From: an uncultured delta proteobacterium
GTDB lineage: Bacteria > Desulfobacterota > Binatia > UBA9968
Direction of reading: 5' to 3'
Assembly (NCBI GenBank): GCA_963745035.1
Contig: CAVUVW010000013.1
Span: forward strand, 1,184,001-1,248,000
DNA length: 64,000 bases
In this document: positions 19,829 through 29,942 of the stretch, in pieces
Position numbering within the stretch: position 1 is the first letter of the stretch
Layout: the number at the start of each line of letters is the position of its first letter
Program-made: the position numbers and the translations under genes
The notes under the pieces: generated by a model
Seen by the model: the letters and a program-made list of their open reading frames with translations, nothing else
The model's database searches: none
Told to the model about the DNA's origin: nothing

Positions 19829-20191
19829 CTACACTTTCCATCCGAGCGACAGATCCACGCGCGTTCCGACCGGATCGAGCACGAACGTTTCGGCAAATCG
19901 TCCGTCTTTCGGCAATTCGGCCGTGCCGCCCGTGGCGCCCGCTGCCAGCGCGGTTTGCGCCGCGCCTTTCACGTCTTCGACTTCCATGCCGAAATGGTAG
20001 ATGCCTTCGCGGCGATTACGCGCCGGGAAGATCGCCAGATTGATATGGCCGTCGGAAAGGTAAATCGCCCGTCCATGCTCCGCGGCCTCCCCGCTCCGCG
20101 CGACTTCTTTGAGACCGAAAGAAGTTCGATAGAACTCCGCGAGCTTTTCCGTGTCCTTGGTCAGAAGGGCGATGTGTCGGATCCTTGCCAT
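19829..20191 (-). CDS. VOC/glyoxalase family protein
   Basis: IRHIAL, FYRTSFGL, IYHFGMEV and DPVG motifs; AGGAG RBS. Confidence 0.85.
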   Translation of the reverse strand: MARIRHIALLTKDTEKLAEFYRTSFGLKEVARSGEAAEHGRAIYLSDGHINLAIFPARNRREGIYHFGMEVEDVKGAAQTALAAGATGGTAELPKDGRFAETFVLDPVGTRVDLSLGWKV

Positions 20192-20309
20192 GGTTTTCTC
20201 CTTTTGTTGGGCCTGTCTATAAAACAATTCATTGCTAGCGGATTACAAGCGGCCGGAGCGAGAGATTTGAGAAAGACTTCCGCCTCCGATCCAGGATAAA
20301 CCAACCTTG

Positions 20310-21287
20310 CTATTTTCGGTACAGTTTCTCGATAAGGCCGCTTTTCTCAATCTCCTTAAAAAAGCTCGCATCGACATAGTCCGCTACGGCCGAGCTTTTT
20401 ACCTTGGGATCGCTCTCTCGATCAAGCACGGCCTGAAGCGCTTTGTCGTTCGGCGCCGGCAAAATTTCCATAAGATCGATTTGCTCTTGATATAGGTAAG
20501 TCGCCTCTTCGGCGCTCAAGCCGCCGAAATATTTCTGCAGCAGCGCGATAGAACCGTTACGGTTGTTCTTGAGATAGTGAATCGCCTCGACGAACGATCG
20601 CATCAAGCGGTCGACTACGCTGCGTTTGCGCTGAATAAAGCTGCGCGTCATTGCGAAGGTTCCCGACGGCGAGAGAATTTTGAGCTCGGCCGCGCTCGCG
20701 AGCTGTCTCGCGCCCGCTTTCTCCGCGCTTAGCGCGGCGAGACCCGCGAGCGCGCCGACATCGAGTTTGCCGGCAACCATGGCGGCGGCAACTTGGGGAT
20801 GGCCGCCGAGCTGAAGGATCGTGACATCTTTGTCCGGCCGCAAACCCACCAGACCAAGCGCATTGCGCGTAAACGTGTCGGCCTCGGAGCCGTACTGCGA
20901 GACGCCGATGATGGACCCTTTCAAATCCTCCAGGCGCCGTGCTTTCGAATTTCGCCCCACCAGTAATTTTTGACTTGAGACGTTCGCCACGGCGCCGAGA
21001 ATCGCGATCTCGGCGCCGCGTGTCCGCGCGCGCGTGATCGCAGTGATACCGGCGAAGGCGAGATCCACATCGCCGGCAATCAGTGATTGAACTAATCTTG
21101 GGCTACCGGTGATCAGAAGAATTTCGGCAGTGAGATCATGCTTGGCGAGTATCCCGGCTTCTTTGGCCAGCCAGGGCACCGACATCGACACGCTTGGGCT
21201 TACATACGCGATGCGAACCTTGTCCGCAGCAAGGCCGCGGCCGTGCGCAAAAACGAAAGCTAACGCAGCGATTGACCAGAGCCTCAT
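20310..21287 (-). CDS. ABC transporter substrate-binding protein (NMT1/THI5-like)
   Basis: Signal peptide; LEDLKGSIIGVSQYGS and YVDASFFKEIEKSG motifs; paralog of the genes at 11828 and 44978. Confidence 0.85.
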   Translation of the reverse strand: MRLWSIAALAFVFAHGRGLAADKVRIAYVSPSVSMSVPWLAKEAGILAKHDLTAEILLITGSPRLVQSLIAGDVDLAFAGITAITRARTRGAEIAILGAVANVSSQKLLVGRNSKARRLEDLKGSIIGVSQYGSEADTFTRNALGLVGLRPDKDVTILQLGGHPQVAAAMVAGKLDVGALAGLAALSAEKAGARQLASAAELKILSPSGTFAMTRSFIQRKRSVVDRLMRSFVEAIHYLKNNRNGSIALLQKYFGGLSAEEATYLYQEQIDLMEILPAPNDKALQAVLDRESDPKVKSSAVADYVDASFFKEIEKSGLIEKLYRK

Positions 21288-21601
21288 ATGTAACCGTCTC
21301 TAATTTTATGCGCGTATGAGATTCATCACGCTTCAACGACGGCTCAGTCTAACCCAGTACTCCTATACTGCTGCCTCGATACTTACTAAGATCGGTGTGG
21401 ATTGTAAAATGGGAATGGGCTATTTTTGGCTCCTTGCTGCGACAATCTCAGCCGATAGGATCGAATCGCAGCCGCCGCTGGAATCGAGACTAAAATACTT
21501 CAGCCGCAAATCTCAATCTGCCGCGTCGCGCCTTGACACCATTGTCACGTCCAAGTAAGAATCGCGGTCGAGTCTAGTTCTTTTTCTGCTCTGGGGAATT
21601 C

Positions 21602-22813
21602 ATGGAAAATTCTACGAGAAGAGGGCCCTTGTCCGGCTATCGCGTGCTCGACCTCGCCAGCCCGCTCGGCCTGCATTGCACCAAGCTTTTAGCCGACATG
21701 GGCGCGGATGTGATCAAGCTCGAGCCGCCGTCGGGCGACGAGTCGCGGCGCATCCCGCCGTTTAAAGACGACATTCCGCACCCGGAAAAGAGTCTCTATT
21801 TTCTTCATTTCAATACCAACAAGCGCGGCATCACTCTCGACGTCGAGAAGCCGGACGGTCGGGCGATCTTCCTCGAGCTTGCCCGCAAAGCAGACGTCGT
21901 CCTCGAAACCGCCAAGCCGGGAAGAATGGACGAGTTGGGAATCGGCTACACGGCGCTGCGCGGACAAAATCGCGGCCTGGTCTACGCATCGATCACACCG
22001 TTCGGTCAAACCGGTCCGTGGCGCGACTACAAAGCCAACGACATGGCCGGCATCGCGCTCGGCAACTTGCTCTACCTGGCGGGCGAGCCCGGCGAGCCGC
22101 CGCTCCAACCGCCCGGAGAAATCGCTTATGGCATGGCGTCGACCTACGGCGCATTCGGCATCGCCACGGCGCTCTACCACCGCCTCGAAAGCGGCGCAGG
22201 CCAGTACATCGACGTCTCGATGCACGAATGCGCCGGGCATATCGCGGGATATTTCATTCCGAACTACGGCTACACCGGCGCCAAACCGGCGCGTGCCTCG
22301 CGCAAAGGTGAAGAAACCGATCTTTACGATCCCTACGCGACGAAGAACGGCTACGCGCGCATCTTTATCATTCCCGTCGAACAGTGGCGGCGGCTGGTCG
22401 ATTGGATGGGGCGGCCTGCGTCGATCTCCGGACCCGAGTTCGAGAAAATGTCCTATCGCCGTCAGCATCCGGAAATCGTCGTGGGAGCGATCGCGGAGTT
22501 TTGTGCACGGCATACCAAAGAAGAACTGTACGAGGAAGGCCAGAAGCGCCGGATCGCGGTCACACCGATCAATACCACCGGCGAGTTCATCAACAGCGAA
22601 CAAGCAAAAGAGCGCGAGACTTTCGTCGACATGGAACATCCCGTAATCGGCAAGTACGCACAGTTTGGCCCTGTGCCCCGTTTCAGCGAGTCCAAGGGCG
22701 GGATATTCCGGACCGCGCCGCTGCTCGGTGAGCACAACAAAGAGATCTATTGCGGTGAGCTCGATATGAACAACGACGATCTCGCAGCTTTGCGAGCGAG
22801 CGGAGTAATCTGA
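21602..22813 (+). CDS. Class III CoA-transferase (CaiB/BaiF family), subunit A
   Basis: PLSGYRVLDL, LADMGADVIKLEPP.GD, NTNKRGITLD, SITPFGQTGP and APLLGEHN motifs. Confidence 0.92.
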   Translation: MENSTRRGPLSGYRVLDLASPLGLHCTKLLADMGADVIKLEPPSGDESRRIPPFKDDIPHPEKSLYFLHFNTNKRGITLDVEKPDGRAIFLELARKADVVLETAKPGRMDELGIGYTALRGQNRGLVYASITPFGQTGPWRDYKANDMAGIALGNLLYLAGEPGEPPLQPPGEIAYGMASTYGAFGIATALYHRLESGAGQYIDVSMHECAGHIAGYFIPNYGYTGAKPARASRKGEETDLYDPYATKNGYARIFIIPVEQWRRLVDWMGRPASISGPEFEKMSYRRQHPEIVVGAIAEFCARHTKEELYEEGQKRRIAVTPINTTGEFINSEQAKERETFVDMEHPVIGKYAQFGPVPRFSESKGGIFRTAPLLGEHNKEIYCGELDMNNDDLAALRASGVI

Positions 22814-22820
22814 AAGGAAT

Positions 22821-22898
22821 TGGAGTAATGAAGTGTTGGAGTACTGGAGTACTGGGTTTCGCCCCAACACTCCATCACTCCGATACTCCAACACCCCA
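22821..22898. repeat. Inverted array of 8-mer repeats (TGGAGTAN / NTACTCCA)
   Basis: Four TGGAGTAN-like units then four complementary CCANNACT units; a second copy is at 62780-62841. Confidence 0.75.
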
Positions 22899-22907
22899 TC
22901 TACACTT

Positions 22908-24119
22908 ATGAGCAAGTTTCCCCTTGAAGGAATCCGAGTCATCGAGCTCACCACCGGCGCAGCGGGTCCAACCGTGGCACGCGTGCTCTGCGAGTTCGGC
23001 GCCGAAGTGATTCGTTGCGAGACGCGGCTGCGCGGCGACGGCCACCGCGGCGAGGATCCAAAACTGTGGAACAAGAAGCCCGACTTCATGAAGCTCCAGC
23101 GCGGCAAGAAATCATTCACCGTCAATATGCAGACTGCGAAAGGGCCGCGAGCTGGTGAGAGAGCTGGTAAAGAAATCCGATGTGCTCGTCGAAAACTTCG
23201 GCCTGGGCATTTTAGAAAAGTGGGGACTCGATTGGCCGCAACTGAAAGAAATCAATCCGCAGATGATCCTCATCCGCGTCAAAGGGATGGGCTGCAGCGG
23301 CCCTCATGCCGCGGATCTAACCTATGGACCAAACGTCGGCAACACGATGGCAACGACCTACCTGTGGAATTATCCCGGCGCTAGCACCGCCACCGCCGAG
23401 CCGCGCACGCAACATCCGGACTTCATGGGCGGCGTCACCGGCGCTTTCGGCGTCGTGCTGGCGCTGATCGAGCGCAAACGGACCGGCCGCGGCCAATGGA
23501 TCGATAGCGCCCAAGTGGAAATCGGCGCATCGCTGCTCGGTCCCAAATATTTGGAATACTCTGTCAATAAGCGCGAGCCGCGGCCCGAAGGCAACCGCAG
23601 CCTGATCGCCGCGCCCTACGGCCCCTATCAGTGCAGAGGAGACGACCGCTGGTGTGTCATCGCCGTTTACAATGAAGACGAGTGGCAACGCTTCGCTGCT
23701 TTGCTGGGCAAAGCCGGTTTGAAAGCCGATGCAAAATTTGCCACGCATCTCCAGCGAGTGCGCCACAAGGAAGAGCTCGGACAGATGGGTGACGAGTTGG
23801 ACGCTGCAGCACGATCCGTACGAAGTGATGGAAACTCTCCAGGGCATCGGGGTTTGCGCGGCAGTCGTGCAGGATGTCGAAGATCAATTCAAGCGCGACA
23901 AGCAGTATGCCGCGACCGGTTTTCTCGTGAATATGACCGAGCCCGAAGCCGGTGACGTAGTCACCGAGAACGTGCCTCTGCGCATGTCCTTGACGCCGGG
24001 AAAAGTGCGCGGCCTTGCGCCTCTCATGGGCGAGCACACGTCACGAGATCGCCAGAAACCTGCTCGGCTTCAGCAACGATGAAATCAAAAAATTAGATGA
24101 GGAAAAAGTGCTCTACTAA
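22908..24119 (+). CDS. Class III CoA-transferase, subunit B (frameshifts near 23146, 23785 and 24040)
   Basis: PLEGIRVIEL, RGKKSFTVN, SDVLVENF, HPDFMGG and APLMGEHT spread over successive frames. Confidence 0.85.
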
Positions 24120-24120
24120 T

Positions 24121-24213
24121 AATTGATAGTGGATAATTGAGAATTCAGAATGAAGGCCGCAATCGATTTCTGTCAATCCAAAATTATCCATTACCCATTT
24201 TCAATTACCCATT
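24121..24213. repeat. Inverted array of AT-rich 7-mer repeats
   Basis: AATTGAT/AGTGGAT/AATTGAG then ATCCATT/ACCCATT/TTCAATT/ACCCATT. Confidence 0.65.
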
Positions 24214-24229
24214 ACTAAGAGGAGGAACC

Positions 24230-25069
24230 ATGTCAGAACCGCAACCGCTGTGCATCTACGAGAAGCGCGATCCGCATATCGCGATCATTCGCCTCAACCG
24301 CCCGGAGAAAAAGAACGCCATCAGCCGCGATCTCTATTGGGCGCTCGACGAATCCTGGCAGAAGGCCAAAGCCGACGATGACGTCTGGTCGATCATTTTG
24401 ACTGGGACGGCCGATGCGTTCTGCGTCGGCGGCGATCTGAAAGAGAATCTCGCCTTCGCCAAAGGTGAAATGAAGGGACCGCGTTCCGGCCCGCGCGGCT
24501 ATTCGAGCTTGCGTCCACTGCAGATGCACAAGCCGATTATCGCCGCGATCAACGGCTACGCAGTCGGCGGCGGCTTCAGCCTGGCGCTCTCCTGCCACAT
24601 CCGCTACTGCGTGCCCGCCTCGAAGTTTGGTTGCTCCGAAGTGCGCTGGTCGCACATGGCGGCGTGGCCGAGCTACGTGTGCCAGCTCCCGACCGGCTGG
24701 GCCTACTGGTTCGCGCTCAGCGGCCAAATGATCGACGCGGACACCGCCTTTCGTCTGGGCCTGGTGCAAAAAATCTGCGAGCCGGAAAAACTCATCGACG
24801 ACTGCGTCGAGCTCGCCACCACGATTAACCGCAACGGTCGGCTGATCGCCGCGCACACCGTGGAATACATCGAGGACAAGCTGCTCTACGAGATTCAGGG
24901 ATGGGAAAAAGGCTTCGAGGTGCACCGGGAATTTTACGCCCACCTGCGCCAGAGCAAGGACTACGACGAAGGCTCCGCCGCGTTCTCGCAAAGACGCAAG
25001 CCGGACTTCTCGCAAGAGTATTACGACGAGAAGACCCGGCCGGAGGGAGTGCCCAATCCGACCAAATAA
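24230..25069 (+). CDS. Enoyl-CoA hydratase/isomerase family protein
   Basis: LNRPEKKNA, AFCVGGDL, KPIIAAINGYAVGGG and EGSAAF...RKP motifs; GGAGG RBS. Confidence 0.9.
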   Translation: MSEPQPLCIYEKRDPHIAIIRLNRPEKKNAISRDLYWALDESWQKAKADDDVWSIILTGTADAFCVGGDLKENLAFAKGEMKGPRSGPRGYSSLRPLQMHKPIIAAINGYAVGGGFSLALSCHIRYCVPASKFGCSEVRWSHMAAWPSYVCQLPTGWAYWFALSGQMIDADTAFRLGLVQKICEPEKLIDDCVELATTINRNGRLIAAHTVEYIEDKLLYEIQGWEKGFEVHREFYAHLRQSKDYDEGSAAFSQRRKPDFSQEYYDEKTRPEGVPNPTK

Positions 25070-25252
25070 ATTCCGCTGCGTCTCCGCCTGACGAGGCTCG
25101 AACGATTTGACCGTTGCCGACGGTTTGGATCGTTCGAGCCGATCTCATCTCGTCCATTACTCATCCCAATCAGCATCAGGCAAAGCCAAAGCGCCTCGGA
25201 CGACCGCTCGCTCGCCAGGCAGTTTTGCTTCCCGTTCTTGCGCTTCTTAAGA

Positions 25253-25293
25253 TTGACCGCGGGCCACCCCTAAGTGTACACTTAAAGTGTACA
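25253..25293 (+). promoter_or_regulatory. Toxin-antitoxin promoter with overlapping palindromic operator
   Basis: TTGACC-N18-TACACT; perfect palindrome TAAGTGTACACTTA (25271-25284) and two TGTACA hexamers 13 bp apart. Confidence 0.8.
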
Positions 25294-25306
25294 GGAGGAT
25301 ATCGCC

Positions 25307-25606
25307 ATGGCAAAGGAAAAAATCTTGACGTTCGTGCAGACTCGGTCGAAGCTCAGCGAAATCGTCGATCGCGTGGCGGAAAGTGGGGATACTTACGTCG
25401 TGTCAAAACGGCAAAAACCCGTCGCGGTCATTATTGGCATCGAGAAATACCGGGAACTCTCCGGCACCTCGAAATACCTAAAGACTGTCGGCGGGAAAAG
25501 AATCATAAACCTTGAAGGAATCGCCACCGCCGTTGGCGACATCGATGAAGCGATACGCGAGCTGCGCAAGTCACGGATCGAAGCGGTCATTAAGAAGTTC
25601 TCATGA
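25307..25606 (+). CDS. Phd/YefM-family antitoxin
   Basis: RSKLSEIVDRV...YVVSKRQKPVAVII signature. Confidence 0.88.
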   Translation: MAKEKILTFVQTRSKLSEIVDRVAESGDTYVVSKRQKPVAVIIGIEKYRELSGTSKYLKTVGGKRIINLEGIATAVGDIDEAIRELRKSRIEAVIKKFS

Positions 25607-26005
25607 CGTTCGTGACAGATACCCATCCCTTTGTTCATCATGTCACGGGCCGAAGGGATCGCCTGGGCCGCAGAGCGCGTTAAGATTTTTGACGGGGTAA
25701 AACGTGGGCGGGAGACGATGGTAGTGCCATTTACCGTGCTCGAAGAAGTAATGCTCCTTTCGGAGATCGGCAAGATTCGCCTTCCCCTACCATTCCGCGA
25801 CTTTGTGGTCTCGATGCGACAGGCGGAAAATTTCGATTTGGGCGTCAACGATACTGATCTGCTTCTCGAAGCTGCGGCATTTACAACTATCAAAGATCCC
25901 TACGATCGTTTAATCATCGCCCAAGCCAGAGTCGCGGGTTTGCCGCTCGTTACCGGCGATGAAAAGATCCAGGAGTCCGGTCTTGTTCGCACCGTCTGGG
26001 ATTAG
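25603..26005 (+). CDS. vapC: PIN-domain (VapC-like) toxin, +1 frameshift near 25680
   Basis: ATGA overlap with the antitoxin; VTDTH in one frame, then VLEE, KDPYDRLIIAQA and LVTGD in another. Confidence 0.85.
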
Positions 26006-26021
26006 GAGCCGACCCGTCTTC

Positions 26022-27081
26022 TTAGATCTTCGGCGCCACCTGTTCCATAAATCGCCGCAACGTGGCGCGCGTCGGCGCGTCGGGCAAGCTGCCCAATGCA
26101 AAGTTTCCCGCCAAGTCGGTCAAGTACAAACTCTCACGCACGTGCGCGACTTTGTCGCAGCACTTCCGCTGCGTCACCGACAAGCACGCGGTTCTGCTCG
26201 ACCAGATCGTTGAACGTGAGCTTGCGCATCTTGGCGCGATGCTCGTCGTGAGTCCGGTAGGACTCCGGCTCGGGAATGCCCTGGGTCAAATTGCGCGCTT
26301 CGGCCGCCGCGGCGTGATACGCCGCTAGCGCCGGCTCCGCGGTCGCGCGAGCCTCCGTGGAATTTTCACCGACGTAGATGTGATACATCGCGATAACCCG
26401 CGCCGTTGAAGGATCATGGCCCGCCGCGCTCCGCGCGCTCAGGTAAATCTCGACCATCGAGCGCAGCTCGTCGAGCTCGTGCAGAAAAGGAATGAGCATC
26501 AGGTGGAAGCCGCTGCGTCCGGCGAACTCGAATGATTCCGTGGTCGAAGTGGCTCCCATCCAAATAGTCGGAAAGGGCCGCTGCACAGGACGAGGGAGAA
26601 CTTCCACATTCTCGTAGCGGTAGAATTTTCTCTCGTGGCTAAACTTGCCACCGCTCCAGGCCTTGAGAATGATCGATAGATTTTCTTGGAATCGCTCGCG
26701 CAACTCTTCGAGCGGCGCGCCGAAGGTAAGCGACTCCCATTTGATAAAGCCGTGGCCGATGCCGAATTCGAGACGTCCGCCGCTCAAGCAGTCGAGGGTC
26801 GCGTAGTCTTCCGCGATGCGCAGCGGATTATGATAGGGCAGCAACGTCACCGCCGTGCCGATGCGGATCTTGGTGGTTCGCTGCGCGATCGCAGCGCCGA
26901 TCACAGGCGGGCTCGAAAGAAAGCCGCCGAAGGAATGAAAATGATGTTCGGCGAGCCAAATTGAGTCGAAGCCCAATTCTTCGGCATAACCGGCTTGGTC
27001 GACAATCGAGTGGAGTCGGTCGGCGCTGTTCGCATAATCCGCCGGAGTTAGCGACGGCAGAAAAAATATTCCGTAGCGCAT
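26022..27081 (-). CDS. LLM-class flavin-dependent oxidoreductase (frameshift near 26160)
   Basis: WLAEHHF, RIAEDYATLDCLSGGRLEFGIG and PRPVQRP motifs; tail LRRFMEQVAPKI is in a shifted frame. Confidence 0.88.
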
Positions 27082-27094
27082 TTAAAGAAAATCC

Positions 27095-27123
27095 GTAGAG
27101 GCGGGTTTCAAACCCGCCCCTAC
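27095..27123. repeat. GTAG-type REP palindrome
   Basis: GTAGAGGCGGGTTTCAAACCCGCCCCTAC, a near-perfect hairpin starting with GTAG. Confidence 0.75.
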
Positions 27124-27144
27124 AGGGCCTTCGCACCAACCTAC

Positions 27145-27864
27145 CTATTCAGATTTTCCTTCCACCAAATGCCGACTGAAAAATTCCGTGGCCTTCGGCC
27201 ACGACAGCGCGGCGGCGTGCGGGCGATAATTTGCAGAGCCGGTATTGCAGAAGGCATGGGCCGCGCCAGAATAAGTATGAAACTCGTGTATCTTTCCATG
27301 ACGGTTGAGCTCCGCGTCGAGCTTGCGCATGTCGTCAGGTGACGGATTTTGATCGTCGGCGCCGAAATGCCCCTGAATCGGACAGCCGATCTCGCGCGTG
27401 CGATCGAACGGCGATGGCCCTTCGCCGAACGGCACCATGGTACCGCTGCCGTAAAACATCACGCCGGCGCTCAGATCCTTGCTCGCCGCAGACATCAGAT
27501 AAACGGTCCGCCCGCCCATGCAAAAGCCGACGATGCCCACCTTTCCGCCGTTCACCCGTGGATGATTCTTCAGAAAACCGATGGCGCCCTGGACGTCGGC
27601 AATGATTCCCGGATCGCGCAGACGGGCCTTGCGCGTCGGGTTGTCGTCCTTACAGTCGGGTCCGTCGCGATGGTAGAGGTTCGGAGCGACCGCGACGTAG
27701 CCTTGGAGCGCCAGCATGTGGGTCGTGTCTTTGATGAAATTTTCCAGGCCCGACTGTCCGTGCGCGACCACGATGCCGGGCACCGGCCCGCCGCTCTCCG
27801 GCACGCTCACGTACATCGGCATGTCGCTGCCACCGACCTTCACGTTCTGCCAAGAGCTCGCCAT
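27145..27864 (-). CDS. Dienelactone hydrolase family protein
   Basis: GFCMGG nucleophile motif, FGADD and AAHAF. Confidence 0.92.
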   Translation of the reverse strand: MASSWQNVKVGGSDMPMYVSVPESGGPVPGIVVAHGQSGLENFIKDTTHMLALQGYVAVAPNLYHRDGPDCKDDNPTRKARLRDPGIIADVQGAIGFLKNHPRVNGGKVGIVGFCMGGRTVYLMSAASKDLSAGVMFYGSGTMVPFGEGPSPFDRTREIGCPIQGHFGADDQNPSPDDMRKLDAELNRHGKIHEFHTYSGAAHAFCNTGSANYRPHAAALSWPKATEFFSRHLVEGKSE

Positions 27865-28045
27865 GATCGACCTCCCAAGTTTCGCGAATAGGTGCCGCTA
27901 CATAAACACAGCCCTTCGTAGCCGGTCAAGGATCAGAGGCAACTTCCGCGTTTGACCTGATCTCACCCATCGCTATATATTCCGAGTTAGACGATGAGCT
28001 CTCGAATCAATCCAAAATCGAAAATCGAAGATCCAAAATACCAAG

Positions 28046-29326
28046 ATGTTGTCCCAAGAAGACAATGATCTCCTGACCCGCACCGGCCCCGGCACTCCGG
28101 GCGGCAACATGCTGCGGCGTTACTGGCAGCCGGTGGCGCTGGTCGAAGAGCTACCCGCCAATAGCGCGCCGTTGCCGGTACGCATCATGGGCGAAGACTT
28201 GGTGCTGTTTCGCGACGAACGAGGACAAATTGGCCTGCTTGGCCTGCATTGCTCGCACCGCCGCGCTGACTTGAGTTACGGCCGCGTCGAGAACGGTGGC
28301 TTACGCTGTCTCTATCACGGCTGGCTCTACGATCGGCGCGGCAACTGCCTCGAGCAGCCGTGCGAGCCGCCGACCAAAAGATTTTGCGAGAAGGTTCATC
28401 ACCCGGCCTATCCCTGCCAGGAGCGCGCCGGCATCATCTTCGCGTATATGGGACCGGGCGAGCCGCCGCTCTTTCCCGCCTACGAGCCGTTCCTCGCCCC
28501 GCAGGGCCACCTGCTTGTGACCAAGATTTTTCACGAGTGCAATTATTTTCAAGCCAACGAGGGCAATCTCGACCCGAGCCACGTCTCCTACCTTCATCGC
28601 CAGGGAAACGTGCCGGACAATCTCAAGCGGCCGGTGCCGGGCGCCGACGGCAAGCTCCCGCTCGCCCTCTACGACGCCGATGGGGCGCCGGAGATCGAGC
28701 CAGAAGAAACCGATTACGGCGTGCGGATTATTTCCATCCGCAAGACCGACCAAGGCCGCACGTTTTTTCGCGTGACCAATTTCGTGCTGCCCAACATGGC
28801 GACCATTCCCGGCCCCATGTCCGGCGACGGCTATAATCTTTACTGCCATGTGCCCATCGACGACACGCACCACTGGCGCTACGACATCGTGTTTCGCCGC
28901 AGCGCGCCCATGGAAGAAAAAGATATTGCAAGAAACCAGGAAATCCTCGACGAGCTGACGCCCGATTATCGTCCCAAGCGGAACAAGGCCAACCGCTACT
29001 TGCAGGATCGCGAGGCGATGAAGAGCTGGAGCTTTTCCGGCATGGGGCGGATCTTCAACGTGCAGGACACCGCCATCGTCGAAGGCAGCGGACCGATAGT
29101 CGACCGCACAAAAGAGTTTCTCGGTCCGAGCGACCGGGCGATCATCGCCGCCCGGCGCCAGGTGCTGCGCGCCATCCGCGAAGTCGAAGCCGGACGAGAG
29201 GCGCCGAACACGCTGCGCGACGAATCGGCAAACCATTTTCCGCACCTCACCGTGGTTTCCGAAGTGCTCACCGACGGAACGGACTGGCAGACGCACTGGA
29301 GAGACAAGCTCGCGGCCATGCGCTAG
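28046..29326 (+). CDS. Rieske non-heme iron oxygenase alpha subunit (phthalate dioxygenase/LigX-like)
   Basis: CSHR...CLYHGW Rieske motif; EGNLDPSHVSYLH and QD mononuclear iron ligands. Confidence 0.9.
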   Translation: MLSQEDNDLLTRTGPGTPGGNMLRRYWQPVALVEELPANSAPLPVRIMGEDLVLFRDERGQIGLLGLHCSHRRADLSYGRVENGGLRCLYHGWLYDRRGNCLEQPCEPPTKRFCEKVHHPAYPCQERAGIIFAYMGPGEPPLFPAYEPFLAPQGHLLVTKIFHECNYFQANEGNLDPSHVSYLHRQGNVPDNLKRPVPGADGKLPLALYDADGAPEIEPEETDYGVRIISIRKTDQGRTFFRVTNFVLPNMATIPGPMSGDGYNLYCHVPIDDTHHWRYDIVFRRSAPMEEKDIARNQEILDELTPDYRPKRNKANRYLQDREAMKSWSFSGMGRIFNVQDTAIVEGSGPIVDRTKEFLGPSDRAIIAARRQVLRAIREVEAGREAPNTLRDESANHFPHLTVVSEVLTDGTDWQTHWRDKLAAMR

Positions 29327-29433
29327 CGCGCCGCGCGCGGCGGTCTTCTTTTACCCGCATCACGGTTCCTGCAAAGCTTGCGGCCGGAGTCGCCCCGGGC
29401 AATCTCATTCCTTGTGGGGATTTCGCTCACGCT

Positions 29434-29772
29434 CTACTTCCGCCGCGCCGCGAAAAGTTTTTCGAACTCCCCGCCGTCGAGCCAGATGCCGTGGCAATCC
29501 GCGCACGCATCCAAGATCACCGAGCGCTCGATCCCGCTATAAACCCGCAGCAGCTCCGAGTCGTCGCGCGGACAGCGCCCTTTCGTGCCATCCGCCTCGT
29601 CGCTATCGCTGCCGCGCCGCAGCGACGCCACCCGGCGTGCATCTTCGGACAAAAGCTCGCTCAACTCCTGCCGATCGAACCAGATTCCCGCGCAAGCGGG
29701 ACAGCGATCGACAACGACACTATCGACGGCGTAGTCCCCGAGCTCTGCGGTTTTGCATTTCGGACATTTCAT
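29434..29772 (-). CDS. Double zinc-ribbon (zf-TFIIB-like) protein
   Basis: CPKC...CPACAGIWFDRQEL and CPRD...CADCHGIWLDGGEF. Confidence 0.82.
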   Translation of the reverse strand: MKCPKCKTAELGDYAVDSVVVDRCPACAGIWFDRQELSELLSEDARRVASLRRGSDSDEADGTKGRCPRDDSELLRVYSGIERSVILDACADCHGIWLDGGEFEKLFAARRK

Positions 29773-29942
29773 CGTGGAACTCTCATTCGTCGTTTTCTTG
29801 GAGTCAAGCTAAAGCAATCGCGCGGCCGCCGCAATACGTTTTTCCCGAATGGAGTCGCAAGCACTGGCCGCGCCGCTCCGAAAACGCGACGACCGCCGAT
29901 GATATTGTATCCAATCACGATGCAGTGTATTCGGATGAGCTA

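Noticed and set aside
19500-19830. Direct repeat GGGCTTGCGCGCG x2 and short ORFs between the porin promoter and the VOC gene
   Set aside because: Low-complexity GC-rich match with only two copies; the ORFs lack an RBS or motifs.
22821-24213. Short repeat arrays as CRISPR
   Set aside because: Units are 7-9 nt with no unique spacers, and there are no cas genes.
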